Shown: positions 46,287 through 55,292 of the stretch, piece by piece
Numbering within the stretch: the stretch's first letter is position 1
Layout: each line of letters opens with the position of its first letter
DNA from: a virus
Lineage: Duplodnaviria > Caudoviricetes
Direction: 5' to 3' (one strand)
Length of the DNA stretch: 64,000 nucleotides
IMG/VR virus record: IMGVR_UViG_3300044709_000184
Coordinates: 37,925 to 101,924 of that record
Made by a program: the position numbers and the translations under genes
Notes under the pieces: model-generated
Seen by the model: only the letters and a program-made list of their open reading frames with translations
What the model was told of the DNA's origin: nothing
The model's database searches: none

Positions 46287-47420
46287 CTATGCGAGGGCGG
46301 GCTCCTCGATGACCTCGACCTTGGGGCGGCTGAACTTGCCGGACAGCTGGTACTTGTCGCTCGGGGCGAACGTCGCGGTGACCCGCACCCGCCGGCCTTT
46401 GAGCCAGTCCACCGGGTCCGACAGCGGCAGCGGGTCGGACAGGTTCGAGCGGAACTCAGGCGGGGCGAACCGGAGCAGGTCACGGGGGGCGTTGCCCTGG
46501 GCGTTCCAGCCCTCATCGGACCGGATGCGCAGCTTGTACGTCACGCCCCACTGGCTGTCGTAGGCGCCGACCCACACCACGGTGGCTTCGACCGTGTGCC
46601 GGCCGGTCGGGCAGGTCACCCCGGTCGCGACCAGGGCGGCCCGCTCCTGCTCGCGTTCCGCGTCGCGGCGGACGGCGGCGATCGCGCCGGCGAGCTGCTT
46701 GTCGCTGGGCTTGCCGGACAGGACCGCGGCCCGCATGTCGGCCATGAACCCGTGGGCGTCGGCGTACTTGTCGCCGACCAGCACCAGCAGTTCCGGGTTG
46801 GCTTCGAGCAGGGCCTGGACCAGCGTCTCCCGCTCGGCCTGCTCGGCGGCCCGCTTCGCGGTGGCCTTGGCCTGGTTGGTGGCGCGGGTCTTCAGGAGCC
46901 GCCCGTAGGCCTTGACGGCCTGGGCGGCCAGGTCGGCCCGGCGGGCCGTGGCCTTGTCCTGGTCGAGGCGGCGGCGCCACTGCTCACCGCGGCTGGTGGC
47001 CGTTGACCCGTCGGCGAACGTGATGACCGTTTCGAGGGTGATGCCGGCCAGCCGGCCAGGGGTCAGGCCGATGAACGTCTGCCCGACCACGTGGGCGGTG
47101 CGGCGCACGGCGGCGACGGTGCGCCATTCCTCGTCGTGCAGGCGGATCTGGTCGCCGGGGCGTACCGGCTCCCACGCGGTGGCGGTGCCGTCTTCGGCGT
47201 AGTCGTAGTGGACGGCCGGGGTGACGTGGGTCATGACGTGGTGGTCGTTGTGCCACTGCATGGCGAGCTGGGCGACCTTGCCCTTCGGGTAGGTCACGGT
47301 CCGGCCGTTGCAGGCCAGGCAGATGCCGTTCCAGGCCGAGGACGGGTAGGTGCCCCTGCCGGCGCAGCGCCAGCAGGTCTCGATCGGGAACCCGGCCTTG
47401 TCGGTGCTGTAGGTGCTCAT
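46287..47420 (-). CDS. Zn-ribbon plus C-terminal OB-fold-like phage protein
   Basis: CWRCAGRG...CLACNG; GRHTVEATV...SQWG...KGRRVRVTATF...SRPK. An alternative leaderless start lies at 47450. Confidence 0.7.
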   Translation of the reverse strand: MSTYSTDKAGFPIETCWRCAGRGTYPSSAWNGICLACNGRTVTYPKGKVAQLAMQWHNDHHVMTHVTPAVHYDYAEDGTATAWEPVRPGDQIRLHDEEWRTVAAVRRTAHVVGQTFIGLTPGRLAGITLETVITFADGSTATSRGEQWRRRLDQDKATARRADLAAQAVKAYGRLLKTRATNQAKATAKRAAEQAERETLVQALLEANPELLVLVGDKYADAHGFMADMRAAVLSGKPSDKQLAGAIAAVRRDAEREQERAALVATGVTCPTGRHTVEATVVWVGAYDSQWGVTYKLRIRSDEGWNAQGNAPRDLLRFAPPEFRSNLSDPLPLSDPVDWLKGRRVRVTATFAPSDKYQLSGKFSRPKVEVIEEPALA

Positions 47421-47457
47421 CGGGTGGCTCCTCGTCTCCGTCGTGCCCATACCCGTA

Positions 47458-47486
47458 AGTGTAATGCATGTCGGTAGCAGACACAA
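47458..47486 (-). promoter_or_regulatory. Promoter/operator unit A
   Basis: TTGTGT-N17-TACACT; TGTC-N7-GACA at 47469-47483. Confidence 0.8.
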
Positions 47487-47534
47487 TAGGCCGCCCCGGC
47501 CTCCCCCTCGAGGGGCCGGGGCGGCACGGGCCGG

Positions 47535-48257
47535 TCAGGCGGCCGTGGTCTTCGCCTTCTTGTGCTTGCGGACCACGCCCCGGCTGGTGACCATCTGGGT
47601 CTCCCCGCAGCCGGTGCACTTGCCCCAGGCGCTGGACCAGTTGCGGCGGACCGACCCCTCCACGGGGGCCTGGCCAGCACCGGCGCAGGTGGTGTCGTCT
47701 GCCACGCCCTGGGTGTGCTCGACCGGTGCCGACGGGTAGCAGACCGTGCACAGGTGCGGGCCGAGCTTGTCGACCGCAGCGGCCTCGGTGAGGCCCGACA
47801 GCTCCGGGTTCCACAGGAAAGCGGTGGGCTCGAAGCCCCGGTTGCAGGTCGAGCAGTGCCGCGACGAGTGGATGTGGCCGCCGCTCTGCTGGACGGTGAA
47901 GAACCGCGACCAGGGCCGGGTCCGGTACTCGGCCTCGAGCGGGGCCGTCTCGGCGGCGATGCGGGCCAGCTCGGCGACGGCCTCGTCGTACCGGTCGAGG
48001 TGGCGCTGCATCTGGCGCAGCTCGTAGCCGGGGCGGGTCGCCTCGACCAGGGCGGCCCGGGTCGCGGCCACGGTCTGGTCGGCGCTCTCGCTGTAGTAGC
48101 CCCGCCCGCCGCGGCGGCTGTACTGGCGGCGGTGGCCCAGGTCGCTGTGCATGCCGTCGACTGCCACGTTCCGCTGGTGGTCGGCCTGGCGCTCTTGCCC
48201 GTACAGGTCGGCGAGCTGGGTGTCGATCTCGCTCGGGGTCATCGTGGTGGGGTTCAT
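47535..48257 (-). CDS. Conserved actinophage Zn-binding protein
   Basis: WSRFF.V...GHIHSSRHCSTC...LSG...LCTVCYPSAPV. Confidence 0.7.
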   Translation of the reverse strand: MNPTTMTPSEIDTQLADLYGQERQADHQRNVAVDGMHSDLGHRRQYSRRGGRGYYSESADQTVAATRAALVEATRPGYELRQMQRHLDRYDEAVAELARIAAETAPLEAEYRTRPWSRFFTVQQSGGHIHSSRHCSTCNRGFEPTAFLWNPELSGLTEAAAVDKLGPHLCTVCYPSAPVEHTQGVADDTTCAGAGQAPVEGSVRRNWSSAWGKCTGCGETQMVTSRGVVRKHKKAKTTAA

Positions 48258-48285
48258 CTTGGGTCCCTTCCTCGGTATGCCCCTT

Positions 48286-48314
48286 AGTGTAATGCGTATC
48301 GGTTACCGACACAA
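48286..48314 (-). promoter_or_regulatory. Promoter/operator unit B
   Basis: TTGTGT-N17-TACACT; TGTC-N7-GATA. Confidence 0.8.
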
Positions 48315-48320
48315 GGGGGG

Positions 48321-48692
48321 TTAGAGGATGACCCGGCTGTCGTTGTTCGCGACGCAGGCCGGGCACAGCCCGCTGGCGGCGTCCAGGTCGTCTGAGGGCT
48401 CCTCGCATCGCTCGCACGGCTCGTCGGTGGGTTGGGTTTGCGGGCGGCGGGTGACGGTGATGAAGTCGCGGGTCAGCTCCTCGAAGCCGTCCTCATCCAG
48501 GTTGGCCAGGCCGTCGGCCAAGCCGATACCGGCGTCTGCGATGTCGCCCGGGTCCATGGCGTCGATGGCGTCGGGGGTGGCCCCGATCAGGACCGCGACG
48601 GCGGCGGCGGTCAGGCCGGTCACGGAGTGCTGGGAGGTCTCAGTCCATTCGATGTCGTACAGGGCGCCGGGCGTGGGCGGCGGGTTGGTCAT
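48321..48692 (-). CDS. Acidic hypothetical protein
   Basis: AAAGG RBS; C-terminal CERC...CPAC. Confidence 0.55.
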   Translation of the reverse strand: MTNPPPTPGALYDIEWTETSQHSVTGLTAAAVAVLIGATPDAIDAMDPGDIADAGIGLADGLANLDEDGFEELTRDFITVTRRPQTQPTDEPCERCEEPSDDLDAASGLCPACVANNDSRVIL

Positions 48693-48705
48693 GGCGCTCT
48701 GCCTT

Positions 48706-49035
48706 TCAGGCGTCGGTGGGTTGGGTGTCGATGCAGCGGGGGCACCAGACGCGGCCGAACAGGGCGTCGGCCTCGGCCCGGGTGAGCCGGGTACCGGTGC
48801 GCATCGACCGGTGGCACGGGTCGGCGGTGAAACCTTCGGCCCCGGCCCGGTGGATGGTGGTGCCCTTGCGGGTGGTCGCCGTCCAGTACGGGTGCGTGTC
48901 GGCGGTGATAGAGCCGCCGAACTCGAAGGTGACCGAGCCGACGCCGAGATCGGCGGCGAGGGCCGGGCCCATCCGGTTCAGCTGGTCGGTGAGCTGGCGC
49001 ATAGCCTGCTCGGCCTGGTCGCGGGTGACTGACAT
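48706..49035 (-). CDS. Hypothetical protein
   Basis: IH...C...CPRC metal-binding motif. Confidence 0.5.
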   Translation of the reverse strand: MSVTRDQAEQAMRQLTDQLNRMGPALAADLGVGSVTFEFGGSITADTHPYWTATTRKGTTIHRAGAEGFTADPCHRSMRTGTRLTRAEADALFGRVWCPRCIDTQPTDA

Positions 49036-49040
49036 GGCGG

Positions 49041-49610
49041 TCACACCCTGACCCGGCGGACCAGGCCGCGGGACTGCTGCTCGACCGGGTGGTCGGTGCT
49101 GAGGGTGCCGCCGAACCACAGGTCGCCGTAGTAGCGGCCGGGCTTGCTGTTGAGCCAGTCGAACATTTCCTGGGCGGTCCACCCTTGCCGGTTGGCCTCG
49201 GTGAGCAGCCACGTGTCGGCCTCGGTGACCCGCTCCGGCTGGGCCGGTACCTCCGGGTCGTCGCTGTGCAGGGCCTGACTGCGGCGGCCCAGGTAGCCGT
49301 AACCGAACCAGCCCTCATTGTCGTAGCCGTGCTCGATGTCGGCGAGGGTGCGGGGGTCGTCGCGGCGGGCGACCCGGCGGGTGCCTTTGAACGGGTCGCT
49401 GTCGGCCTCGCTCGAGCCGCACACCCGGCAGGTCACGGACGTCTCGGTGCCGCCCGCGTACATGCTGGGGTGGTTCTGCGCGTCGGCGTTGTCAACCGAC
49501 CCGCACACGGTGCAGGCCAGCGTGCCGTCGACGTCGACCTGCTCGAACAGGCCCTCGTCGCCGGGTTGGATGATCTGGGTGGTGTAGGTCGCGACCGGGG
49601 TGGTCTTCAT
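49041..49610 (-). CDS. Hypothetical Zn-ribbon protein
   Basis: CTVC...CRVC; GAGGAG RBS. Confidence 0.6.
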   Translation of the reverse strand: MKTTPVATYTTQIIQPGDEGLFEQVDVDGTLACTVCGSVDNADAQNHPSMYAGGTETSVTCRVCGSSEADSDPFKGTRRVARRDDPRTLADIEHGYDNEGWFGYGYLGRRSQALHSDDPEVPAQPERVTEADTWLLTEANRQGWTAQEMFDWLNSKPGRYYGDLWFGGTLSTDHPVEQQSRGLVRRVRV

Positions 49611-49628
49611 GGTGTGTCTCTCCTCTGG

Positions 49629-49931
49629 CTACAGGGTGGCGGTGGCGTCGGGGACAACGGCGGTGAACGACTCGGCCCGCACGCAGCGCAGCTCGGCGTA
49701 GTTCGGGAGCTGGAGCCGGTAGCGGATCGGGGCCGGGGCCGGGGCGCGGTAGAACTCCCACCGGTCGTACAGGTCGTCGCAGTGGCTGCAGGGCTCGGTG
49801 TCGTCGCAGATACCGAGGTACACGGCCGGGCCGCGGAACTCCTCCATGGAGCCGTGGTAGATGACCTTCTGGCCGGGGGTGGCGGGGTGGGTCATGGTGG
49901 CCTCCTGGCTGGTGGGCTGCGTCCCTGTCAT
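49629..49931 (-). CDS. Hypothetical protein
   Basis: ATG 7 nt after the -10 box; alternative start ~49895 with a GGAGG RBS. Confidence 0.55.
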   Translation of the reverse strand: MTGTQPTSQEATMTHPATPGQKVIYHGSMEEFRGPAVYLGICDDTEPCSHCDDLYDRWEFYRAPAPAPIRYRLQLPNYAELRCVRAESFTAVVPDATATL

Positions 49932-49938
49932 GTCGGTA

Positions 49939-49967
49939 ACCGTAACACATGCCGGTAGGAGACACAA
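49939..49967 (-). promoter_or_regulatory. Promoter/operator unit C
   Basis: TTGTGT-N17-TACGGT; TGTC-N7-GGCA. Confidence 0.8.
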
Positions 49968-49973
49968 TAGGGG

Positions 49974-50393
49974 TTACGCCCACGGACTCGGCGGTGCCGG
50001 GTTGGCGGCTACCCACTCATGTTCGGCCTGCCGGATCTCGTCGCTGTCCCGCCATGCCTGGAACACGGCCCAAGGCCAGTCACGGCCCAGGGCGGCGTCC
50101 CGCAGGCTCTGGAACCACACGCCGTGCCGATCGCGCCAGTCGTAGTACGCGACCCGTACGGCATCGAAACGCTCCCGGTCGGCCTGCTTGGCCTCGGCCC
50201 GGATCTCCCGCGCTGGCCGGCCGGCCATCTTGGCGGCGCACACCACACCCATGTAGGTCTCGCCCTCACTGTCGCCGTCCGGGCCGATCGCGGCCATCCG
50301 CACCGTGCCCTTGAGGTCGGTCCGGCCGCAGTGCTCGCAGGTGGTGACCTCGTCGGTGAACCCAAGCGCGCGGTAGATCAGGGTCGTTGTCAT
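49974..50393 (-). CDS. Conserved phage Zn-finger protein
   Basis: GFTDEVTTCEHCGRTDLKGTV...YMGVVCA. Confidence 0.65.
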   Translation of the reverse strand: MTTTLIYRALGFTDEVTTCEHCGRTDLKGTVRMAAIGPDGDSEGETYMGVVCAAKMAGRPAREIRAEAKQADRERFDAVRVAYYDWRDRHGVWFQSLRDAALGRDWPWAVFQAWRDSDEIRQAEHEWVAANPAPPSPWA

Positions 50394-50395
50394 GG

Positions 50396-50764
50396 TCAGT
50401 CCCAGTACTGCTGGCCGTGGACGGTGACTGGGCGGCCGAGGGCGGCCTGGATGATGCCGTGGCGGAAGTCGGCAGCGGCCGGGATAGTCTGGCCCTGGTG
50501 GTGGACCGGGCGGTCCGTGCCGAGCAGCTTGCCCAGCTCGGTGGCCTCTTCGGGGGTCATGGAGCCCCACTTGTCGGCGGCACGGGCGGGCGGGGACTTT
50601 ATCGTGATCCAGCCCCAGGCGGTGCCGCGGTCGCCGGTCACAGACCATGCCTTGCCCGATCGGGTTTTGAGCACGGCGCGGAGCAGCTTGATGGTGGCGT
50701 TGCGGTCGCGGGACGTTTCGCGGATCTGGTCTTCCGTGATGGCGGTGATGTCGATGTTGGACAC
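50396..50764 (-). CDS. Hypothetical protein
   Basis: WSVTGDRGTAWGWITI; AAGGGA RBS. Confidence 0.6.
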   Translation of the reverse strand: MSNIDITAITEDQIRETSRDRNATIKLLRAVLKTRSGKAWSVTGDRGTAWGWITIKSPPARAADKWGSMTPEEATELGKLLGTDRPVHHQGQTIPAAADFRHGIIQAALGRPVTVHGQQYWD

Positions 50765-50806
50765 CTGGGTGGTCCCTTCCGGTATGCGAGGTTTGCTGTA
50801 TCTCCT

Positions 50807-50881
50807 ACCTTAACCGGTGTCGGCTAGTGACACAATAGGGTCGCGTCGGTTATTGTGTCGGGTAGAGACATCTGCAACCAT
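50807..50881. promoter_or_regulatory. Divergent promoter/operator units D (minus) and E (plus)
   Basis: D: TTGTGT-N17-TAAGGT (50835-50807). E: TTGTGT-N17-AACCAT (50853-50881). Each contains TGTC-N7-GACA. Confidence 0.75.
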
Positions 50882-50888
50882 CGGAGGC

Positions 50889-51188
50889 ATGACCATGCCA
50901 GCAGCACCCCCCGACCAGGTCGAGGCCATCGTGGCCCGACTCAAAGCCATACGCGCGGCCCGGGCGAAGCTCGACGAAGACGAGAAGGCCACCGTCATCG
51001 CGGGCCGGCTCAAGGGCGTCACGTGGAAGGCGATGGCCACCGCGCTGGGCACCCGGGCCCCGTGGCTGTGCGAGTACTACAAGCCGGAACTGCCCGAGGT
51101 GACCCTCACCGTCAAAGACGGCGCGGCCGCGGCTAAGGCGCCGGCTGGAGCTCCAAGCCGGGGCCGGCGGCGGCGGCGCCGGTCATGA
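50889..51188 (+). CDS. Small HTH repressor
   Basis: Helical N-terminus then GRLKGVTWKAMATALGTRAPWLCEYY, an actinobacterial HTH pattern. Confidence 0.7.
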   Translation: MTMPAAPPDQVEAIVARLKAIRAARAKLDEDEKATVIAGRLKGVTWKAMATALGTRAPWLCEYYKPELPEVTLTVKDGAAAAKAPAGAPSRGRRRRRRS

Positions 51189-51394
51189 CCGTGGAGCGGA
51201 TCACGGTCGGGTTGCACACCCACCCAGCCGGCGAACTGGCACGCCTGGTCACGGCGACAGGCATGACCAAGGCCGACCTGGTCAACCGGGCCATCGTCCT
51301 GTACGCGCGGGTGCACACCCGGGTCGAGGCCGGTGACGATCTGGTCCTTCGCCCCGCGGCGGGTGGTGAGGTCGAGCGGGTGTGGCTGCTGTGA
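51185..51394 (+). CDS. Ribbon-helix-helix (CopG-like) protein
   Basis: RITVGL...ELARL...TGMTKADLVNRAI. Confidence 0.65.
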   Translation: MTVERITVGLHTHPAGELARLVTATGMTKADLVNRAIVLYARVHTRVEAGDDLVLRPAAGGEVERVWLL

Positions 51395-51416
51395 CGGCCA
51401 CCCCGCACCTGGGCGC

Positions 51417-51740
51417 CTAGGCCAGGGCGGCGTCGACGTCGTCGGCGCCCAACCCGTTCACGACCAGATGACTGCGGATCATGTCGTCGGACAGTTCAGA
51501 GGCCCTCGCCGCCGCCACGACGGCGGCGAGGGCCTCTCGCCGTTCGGCGAGCCGGGCGATCGCGACCACGACGGCCCGGGCGGCCAGGGTCAGGTCCCGG
51601 CCAGGGTCCGTGCCGTCGCCCTCGCGCGTGCGCGGGCCCGCGCCCGTGGCAGCGGCCGGGGGGACTTCCCGGGTCACCGGCGACGGACGCTCGAACACTG
51701 AGGCCAGCCGGTGCACGGCCTTGGGTTTGGCTGAGGTCAT
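51417..51740 (-). CDS. ParA partner / small DNA-binding protein
   Basis: ATGA-coupled to parA; disordered N-terminus, helical C-terminus. Confidence 0.45.
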   Translation of the reverse strand: MTSAKPKAVHRLASVFERPSPVTREVPPAAATGAGPRTREGDGTDPGRDLTLAARAVVVAIARLAERREALAAVVAAARASELSDDMIRSHLVVNGLGADDVDAALA

Positions 51741-52585
51741 CGCGACTCCCCGATCTGGGCGGTGAAGGCCCGCAGCTCGTGCAGCACCCCGACGTAGTCG
51801 CCGCCCTGCCCGGGCGCGTCGAGGGCGGTGTGCATGGTGAGGTCCCGGACCTCGCAGTCCAGCACCGGCACCTCACCCAGCACCGGGGCGGCGGCCAGGT
51901 CGGCGCGGGCCCGCTCCCCGGCCGGGGACCGCAACGACACCCGGTTGAGGAGCACCACCGGCCACACCGGCTGGCCGGTGAGGTCGGAGCCGCGGCGGGC
52001 CGCCTCGACCGTGGCGGGGAGCCGACCCAGCTCCATGTCGCGGGGGGCCACCGGCATCAGCAGCACCGGGGCGATGCGGCACCCGGCGTGGAGCAGGCTC
52101 AGGTCGGCCCCGTCGGGGCCGGTGTCGACCAGGACGTGGTCGACGTCGTCGAGCAGGGCCCGCACCCCGGCCACCGGGCGGGGGTCGTGGGCTGCCCAGG
52201 CCCGCACCTGCCATGGCAGGTCAATGCCGGCGTCGCTGTACCGGGCGGCCGCGGTGAGGATGGTTTGGCTGTTCGGGTCGGCGTCGATGACCAGGACCCG
52301 GGCGCCTTCACCGGCGAGCAGGTTCGCCAGGCGCCACACCGTCATGGACTTACCAACCCCGCCTTTGAGGGCGCCGACCGTGACGGCCAGGCGCACCCCG
52401 GCGTGGGCCCGCCGGCCGGTGAGCATCCGGTCCACTGAGGTACGGGTCACCGCCGGGACGCCGCCGGCGGCGCGTACGGCGGTCAGGTCGCCGCGGTCGA
52501 GCCACAGTCGTACGGTCGTGTCAGGCACGCCGAGCGTGATGGCGGCGTCACGTACGCTCAGGTGCCGGTCGGGTTTGCCGGCCAC
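51737..52585 (-). CDS. parA: ParA-family ATPase with N-terminal HTH
   Basis: LSVRDAAITLGVPDTTVRLW HTH; KGGVGKS, VLVIDADP, VLVDTGP. Confidence 0.88.
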   Translation of the reverse strand: MAGKPDRHLSVRDAAITLGVPDTTVRLWLDRGDLTAVRAAGGVPAVTRTSVDRMLTGRRAHAGVRLAVTVGALKGGVGKSMTVWRLANLLAGEGARVLVIDADPNSQTILTAAARYSDAGIDLPWQVRAWAAHDPRPVAGVRALLDDVDHVLVDTGPDGADLSLLHAGCRIAPVLLMPVAPRDMELGRLPATVEAARRGSDLTGQPVWPVVLLNRVSLRSPAGERARADLAAAPVLGEVPVLDCEVRDLTMHTALDAPGQGGDYVGVLHELRAFTAQIGESR

Positions 52586-52641
52586 AGGACGGTCCTTCGG
52601 GTTCGGGTGATGTTGAGTCTGGCATCACCGTCCTCAATGGC

Positions 52642-53222
52642 CTAGGACTGGCCCCCAGGGCGCGCGTTGACACTCGCCCACTGCGGGGTCGCTGTGTCCG
52701 CCAGGGCCGCTACAGCGGGCCGGAGGCCCGTTTCTGCGGCACCCTGCAACAGCATCGGCCCGGGCGGGGTGCGGGCGGCGTGGTCGGCGGCGCCGGCCCA
52801 CCAGCCCGTCGACCAGACCTCATCCACGACGCGGCGCAGCTGCCGGTGCCACTGTTCGCGGGTCGGCTCACCGGTCGGGCCCGGGGGTGGCATCGGCGCG
52901 AGGGCGGCGACCAGGCCGACGAGGTGGTCCGGGGCGTGGCGCCAGTCCGAAGGCAGCAGACCCGTCACGCCGACCCGTACAGGCCGGTCCGGCAGGTGGT
53001 GCAGCCGGTCAAGGTGATGATGACCGGGCCGCCCGGTTCGGCCATGACGTGGGTGTCGTCGCGGGTCGACTGGCCGCAGTCGTCGCACCACAGGCCCCGG
53101 TCCACGACGGTCAGCACGGTGACCACGGCACCGCCGTCCATCTCGGCCGGGTCGGGCGGCCGTGGCCTGATCAACACGACGGGTACGGTACGGCCCCCGG
53201 CCGGGGCCGGCGCCGATGCCAC
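52642..53222 (-). CDS. Two hypothetical ORFs (52642-52968, 52965-53222)
   Basis: GTGA-coupled; the second has CDDC...CTTC. Confidence 0.4.
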
Positions 53223-53258
53223 GGCGCCGGGTCGCCCGATCGGGGGCCGCCGATCTGT

Positions 53259-53837
53259 TCAGGCCGGCCGTTGCTTGGCCAGCTTGGCCAGGGCTGCCCG
53301 CCCGTAGATCGGTTGCCGGGCGGCGGTTGAGGCGAAGGCGGCCACCGTCACCAGGACCGTGTCGGCGGCCAGGGCCAGCCACACCACCGCGAACGGGCTA
53401 CCCGACCCCCACCGGTAGATGGCCCACCAGCCCAGCACCCCGACCGGGGCTGCGACGAACAGGGCCAGGTCGTGGAGCAGGCCACCGACGCGCCACAGCG
53501 ACAGCCCCCAGTGCCGGGGCGGGGTTTCCCAGCCGAGCAGGTCGTCCGGGGTGAGGTGGAGGTGTTCGGCGAGGCGGGGCCGCAGGCTGGTGCGCAGGTA
53601 GTCCCGCGCCCAGGCGATCTTCCTGTCTCCGCCGAGGTACAGCCAGCCCAGGGTCAGCACCGCGGCCGGCAGGGCCAACATCAGGTCGGGCAGGTGCAGG
53701 GTCAGGGCCGCGTAGGTGACCGCGGCCATGGCGGCCATGGTGGCGTAGACGAGGTTGTCTCGGGTTTTGATCCGGTCGTTCTGTTCGGCCTTGACCGTGC
53801 GGTACTCCTCGAGCAGCACGTCACCGAGCGAGGTCAT
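53259..53837 (-). CDS. Four-TM integral membrane protein
   Basis: EEYRTVKAEQNDRIKTRDNLVY followed by TM helices. Confidence 0.65.
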   Translation of the reverse strand: MTSLGDVLLEEYRTVKAEQNDRIKTRDNLVYATMAAMAAVTYAALTLHLPDLMLALPAAVLTLGWLYLGGDRKIAWARDYLRTSLRPRLAEHLHLTPDDLLGWETPPRHWGLSLWRVGGLLHDLALFVAAPVGVLGWWAIYRWGSGSPFAVVWLALAADTVLVTVAAFASTAARQPIYGRAALAKLAKQRPA

Positions 53838-54115
53838 GGGGTCGGTCCTTCCTGGGGGGTGTGGGCGAGTGCGCGGCGTTGCTGTTCCCGGGTGGTGTGG
53901 GCCGGGCAGCGGGCGAGGGTGTCTTTGTCGGTCCAGTGGGTTTGGCCCTTACGCCGGTCGGTCGGTTCGAACGACCAGCCGTCGGCCGTGGCCTGCTCGC
54001 GGGCCTTCGCGATCTGGGACTTGACCCGGTGCCCGGGCCAGTAGTCGGGGCTCCACTCATCGCAGCCGCCGTCGTCGCAGCTGAACGTGTAGACGCGCAT
54101 GATGTGCACCGCCAT
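53834..54115 (-). CDS. Small Zn-finger phage protein
   Basis: SCD..GC...AREQA..DGW...CPAH. Confidence 0.6.
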   Translation of the reverse strand: MAVHIMRVYTFSCDDGGCDEWSPDYWPGHRVKSQIAKAREQATADGWSFEPTDRRKGQTHWTDKDTLARCPAHTTREQQRRALAHTPQEGPTP

Positions 54116-54121
54116 GGCGGG

Positions 54122-54565
54122 TCACCCGGCCAGGGAGAGCCGGACAACGACGACCAGGCGGCGGCTGCCCTCACGGGCCGGCTGCTCGACCCGCACGGTC
54201 TGGCCGGCGAGGACCCGCTCAGCCTGCCGGCGGGTCAACGGCACATACACCAGGTCGGCAGGGGTGTCGCCGTCGTCGGAGGCGTCGAGCTGGGGCAGAC
54301 GCCGGGCGTACAACACGGTGTCGTCGACTGAGACGATCGACTGGATCCGCCAGGCCAGCACGGTGCGCACCCCCTCGGCGGTGGGCACCGTGACCTCGAC
54401 GTGGGGTTTGGCGCCGGGGGCCACCGTTTCGAGCAGGTCGGCCAGGGCCGCCTCGTCCAGCGGAAGGGACACCAGGCAGGCCCGCTGGCCTTCCCGGTCA
54501 CGGATCTCGACCCGTACCGCGGTCGCCGTCTGGTCGGCGCCGCCGGGGTCTGGGTTGGTCGGCAT
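54122..54565 (-). CDS. Hypothetical protein
   Basis: GGAGGA RBS; globular. Confidence 0.55.
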   Translation of the reverse strand: MPTNPDPGGADQTATAVRVEIRDREGQRACLVSLPLDEAALADLLETVAPGAKPHVEVTVPTAEGVRTVLAWRIQSIVSVDDTVLYARRLPQLDASDDGDTPADLVYVPLTRRQAERVLAGQTVRVEQPAREGSRRLVVVVRLSLAG

Positions 54566-54777
54566 GGGCGATTCCTCCCTAAAGGGGGCGGGGGTCGGTT
54601 AGGTGGGTGGACACGGTTGGGTGAGACTGCCCGCGACCCGGGCAGACGATCAACGGCGGGGTCGTAGCGTCGCGGCCAGCAGCAACCCCCTTGGCCGCTC
54701 CCGGTGGAGGCCCCCGTTCCAACGCCGGGAGCGTGCCGCATTCACACCCGGCTTGGAGGTTGGCTGTGCCCTGCCCA

Positions 54778-55278
54778 TCAGCCACCACCGGCCAACATCG
54801 CCGGGTCGAACGGCGGCCAGGGCGTAGCCGGCCGCTCGCCGTGGTCGGTCATGTCTCCGTGCTCACGCAGGGACCAACCGCGGTCCCAGCCGATGCCGGT
54901 GTACATGCCGTGGTGGTCGAGGATCGCGGCCGGGTGCCAGCGGCGGTACCGGTCGAGCAGCGGGACGGCGCCGTTGGCGTGGTGCCCTTCCCGGGTGTTG
55001 CAGCCGCGGCACAGCCGGCCCCGCTCCTGGCCGGTGCGGTGGCAGTGGTCGTCGATGAGGTCGAGGTAGTCGGCGCCGCAGATGGCGCACCGGTCGGCGT
55101 GGAACTCGTCCCAGCGAGGGTCGCCGCCGCCGCGGCCGAGGAGCATCAGTTCCACCGCCCCCGGGGACATCCGGGTGAGCAGCCGGGCCTGCTCGGTAGC
55201 GGCATCGACCGGCGCCGGGACCGGCCATGACCAGCAGGCTGGTTCGTCGGGGTGCGGGGGGCGAGGGGTCCAGTCCAC
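54778..55278 (-). CDS. Endonuclease VII-domain protein
   Basis: RCAICG...DHCHRTG..RGRLCRGCN..EG. Confidence 0.85.
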   Translation of the reverse strand: MDWTPRPPHPDEPACWSWPVPAPVDAATEQARLLTRMSPGAVELMLLGRGGGDPRWDEFHADRCAICGADYLDLIDDHCHRTGQERGRLCRGCNTREGHHANGAVPLLDRYRRWHPAAILDHHGMYTGIGWDRGWSLREHGDMTDHGERPATPWPPFDPAMLAGGG

Positions 55279-55292
55279 GGGAGGGGCTCCGT

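Noticed and set aside
47458-50881. Spaced repeats as a CRISPR array or integron attC sites
   Set aside because: Spacing is gene-sized, the repeats fit -35/-10 geometry, and there are no cas genes or attC structure.
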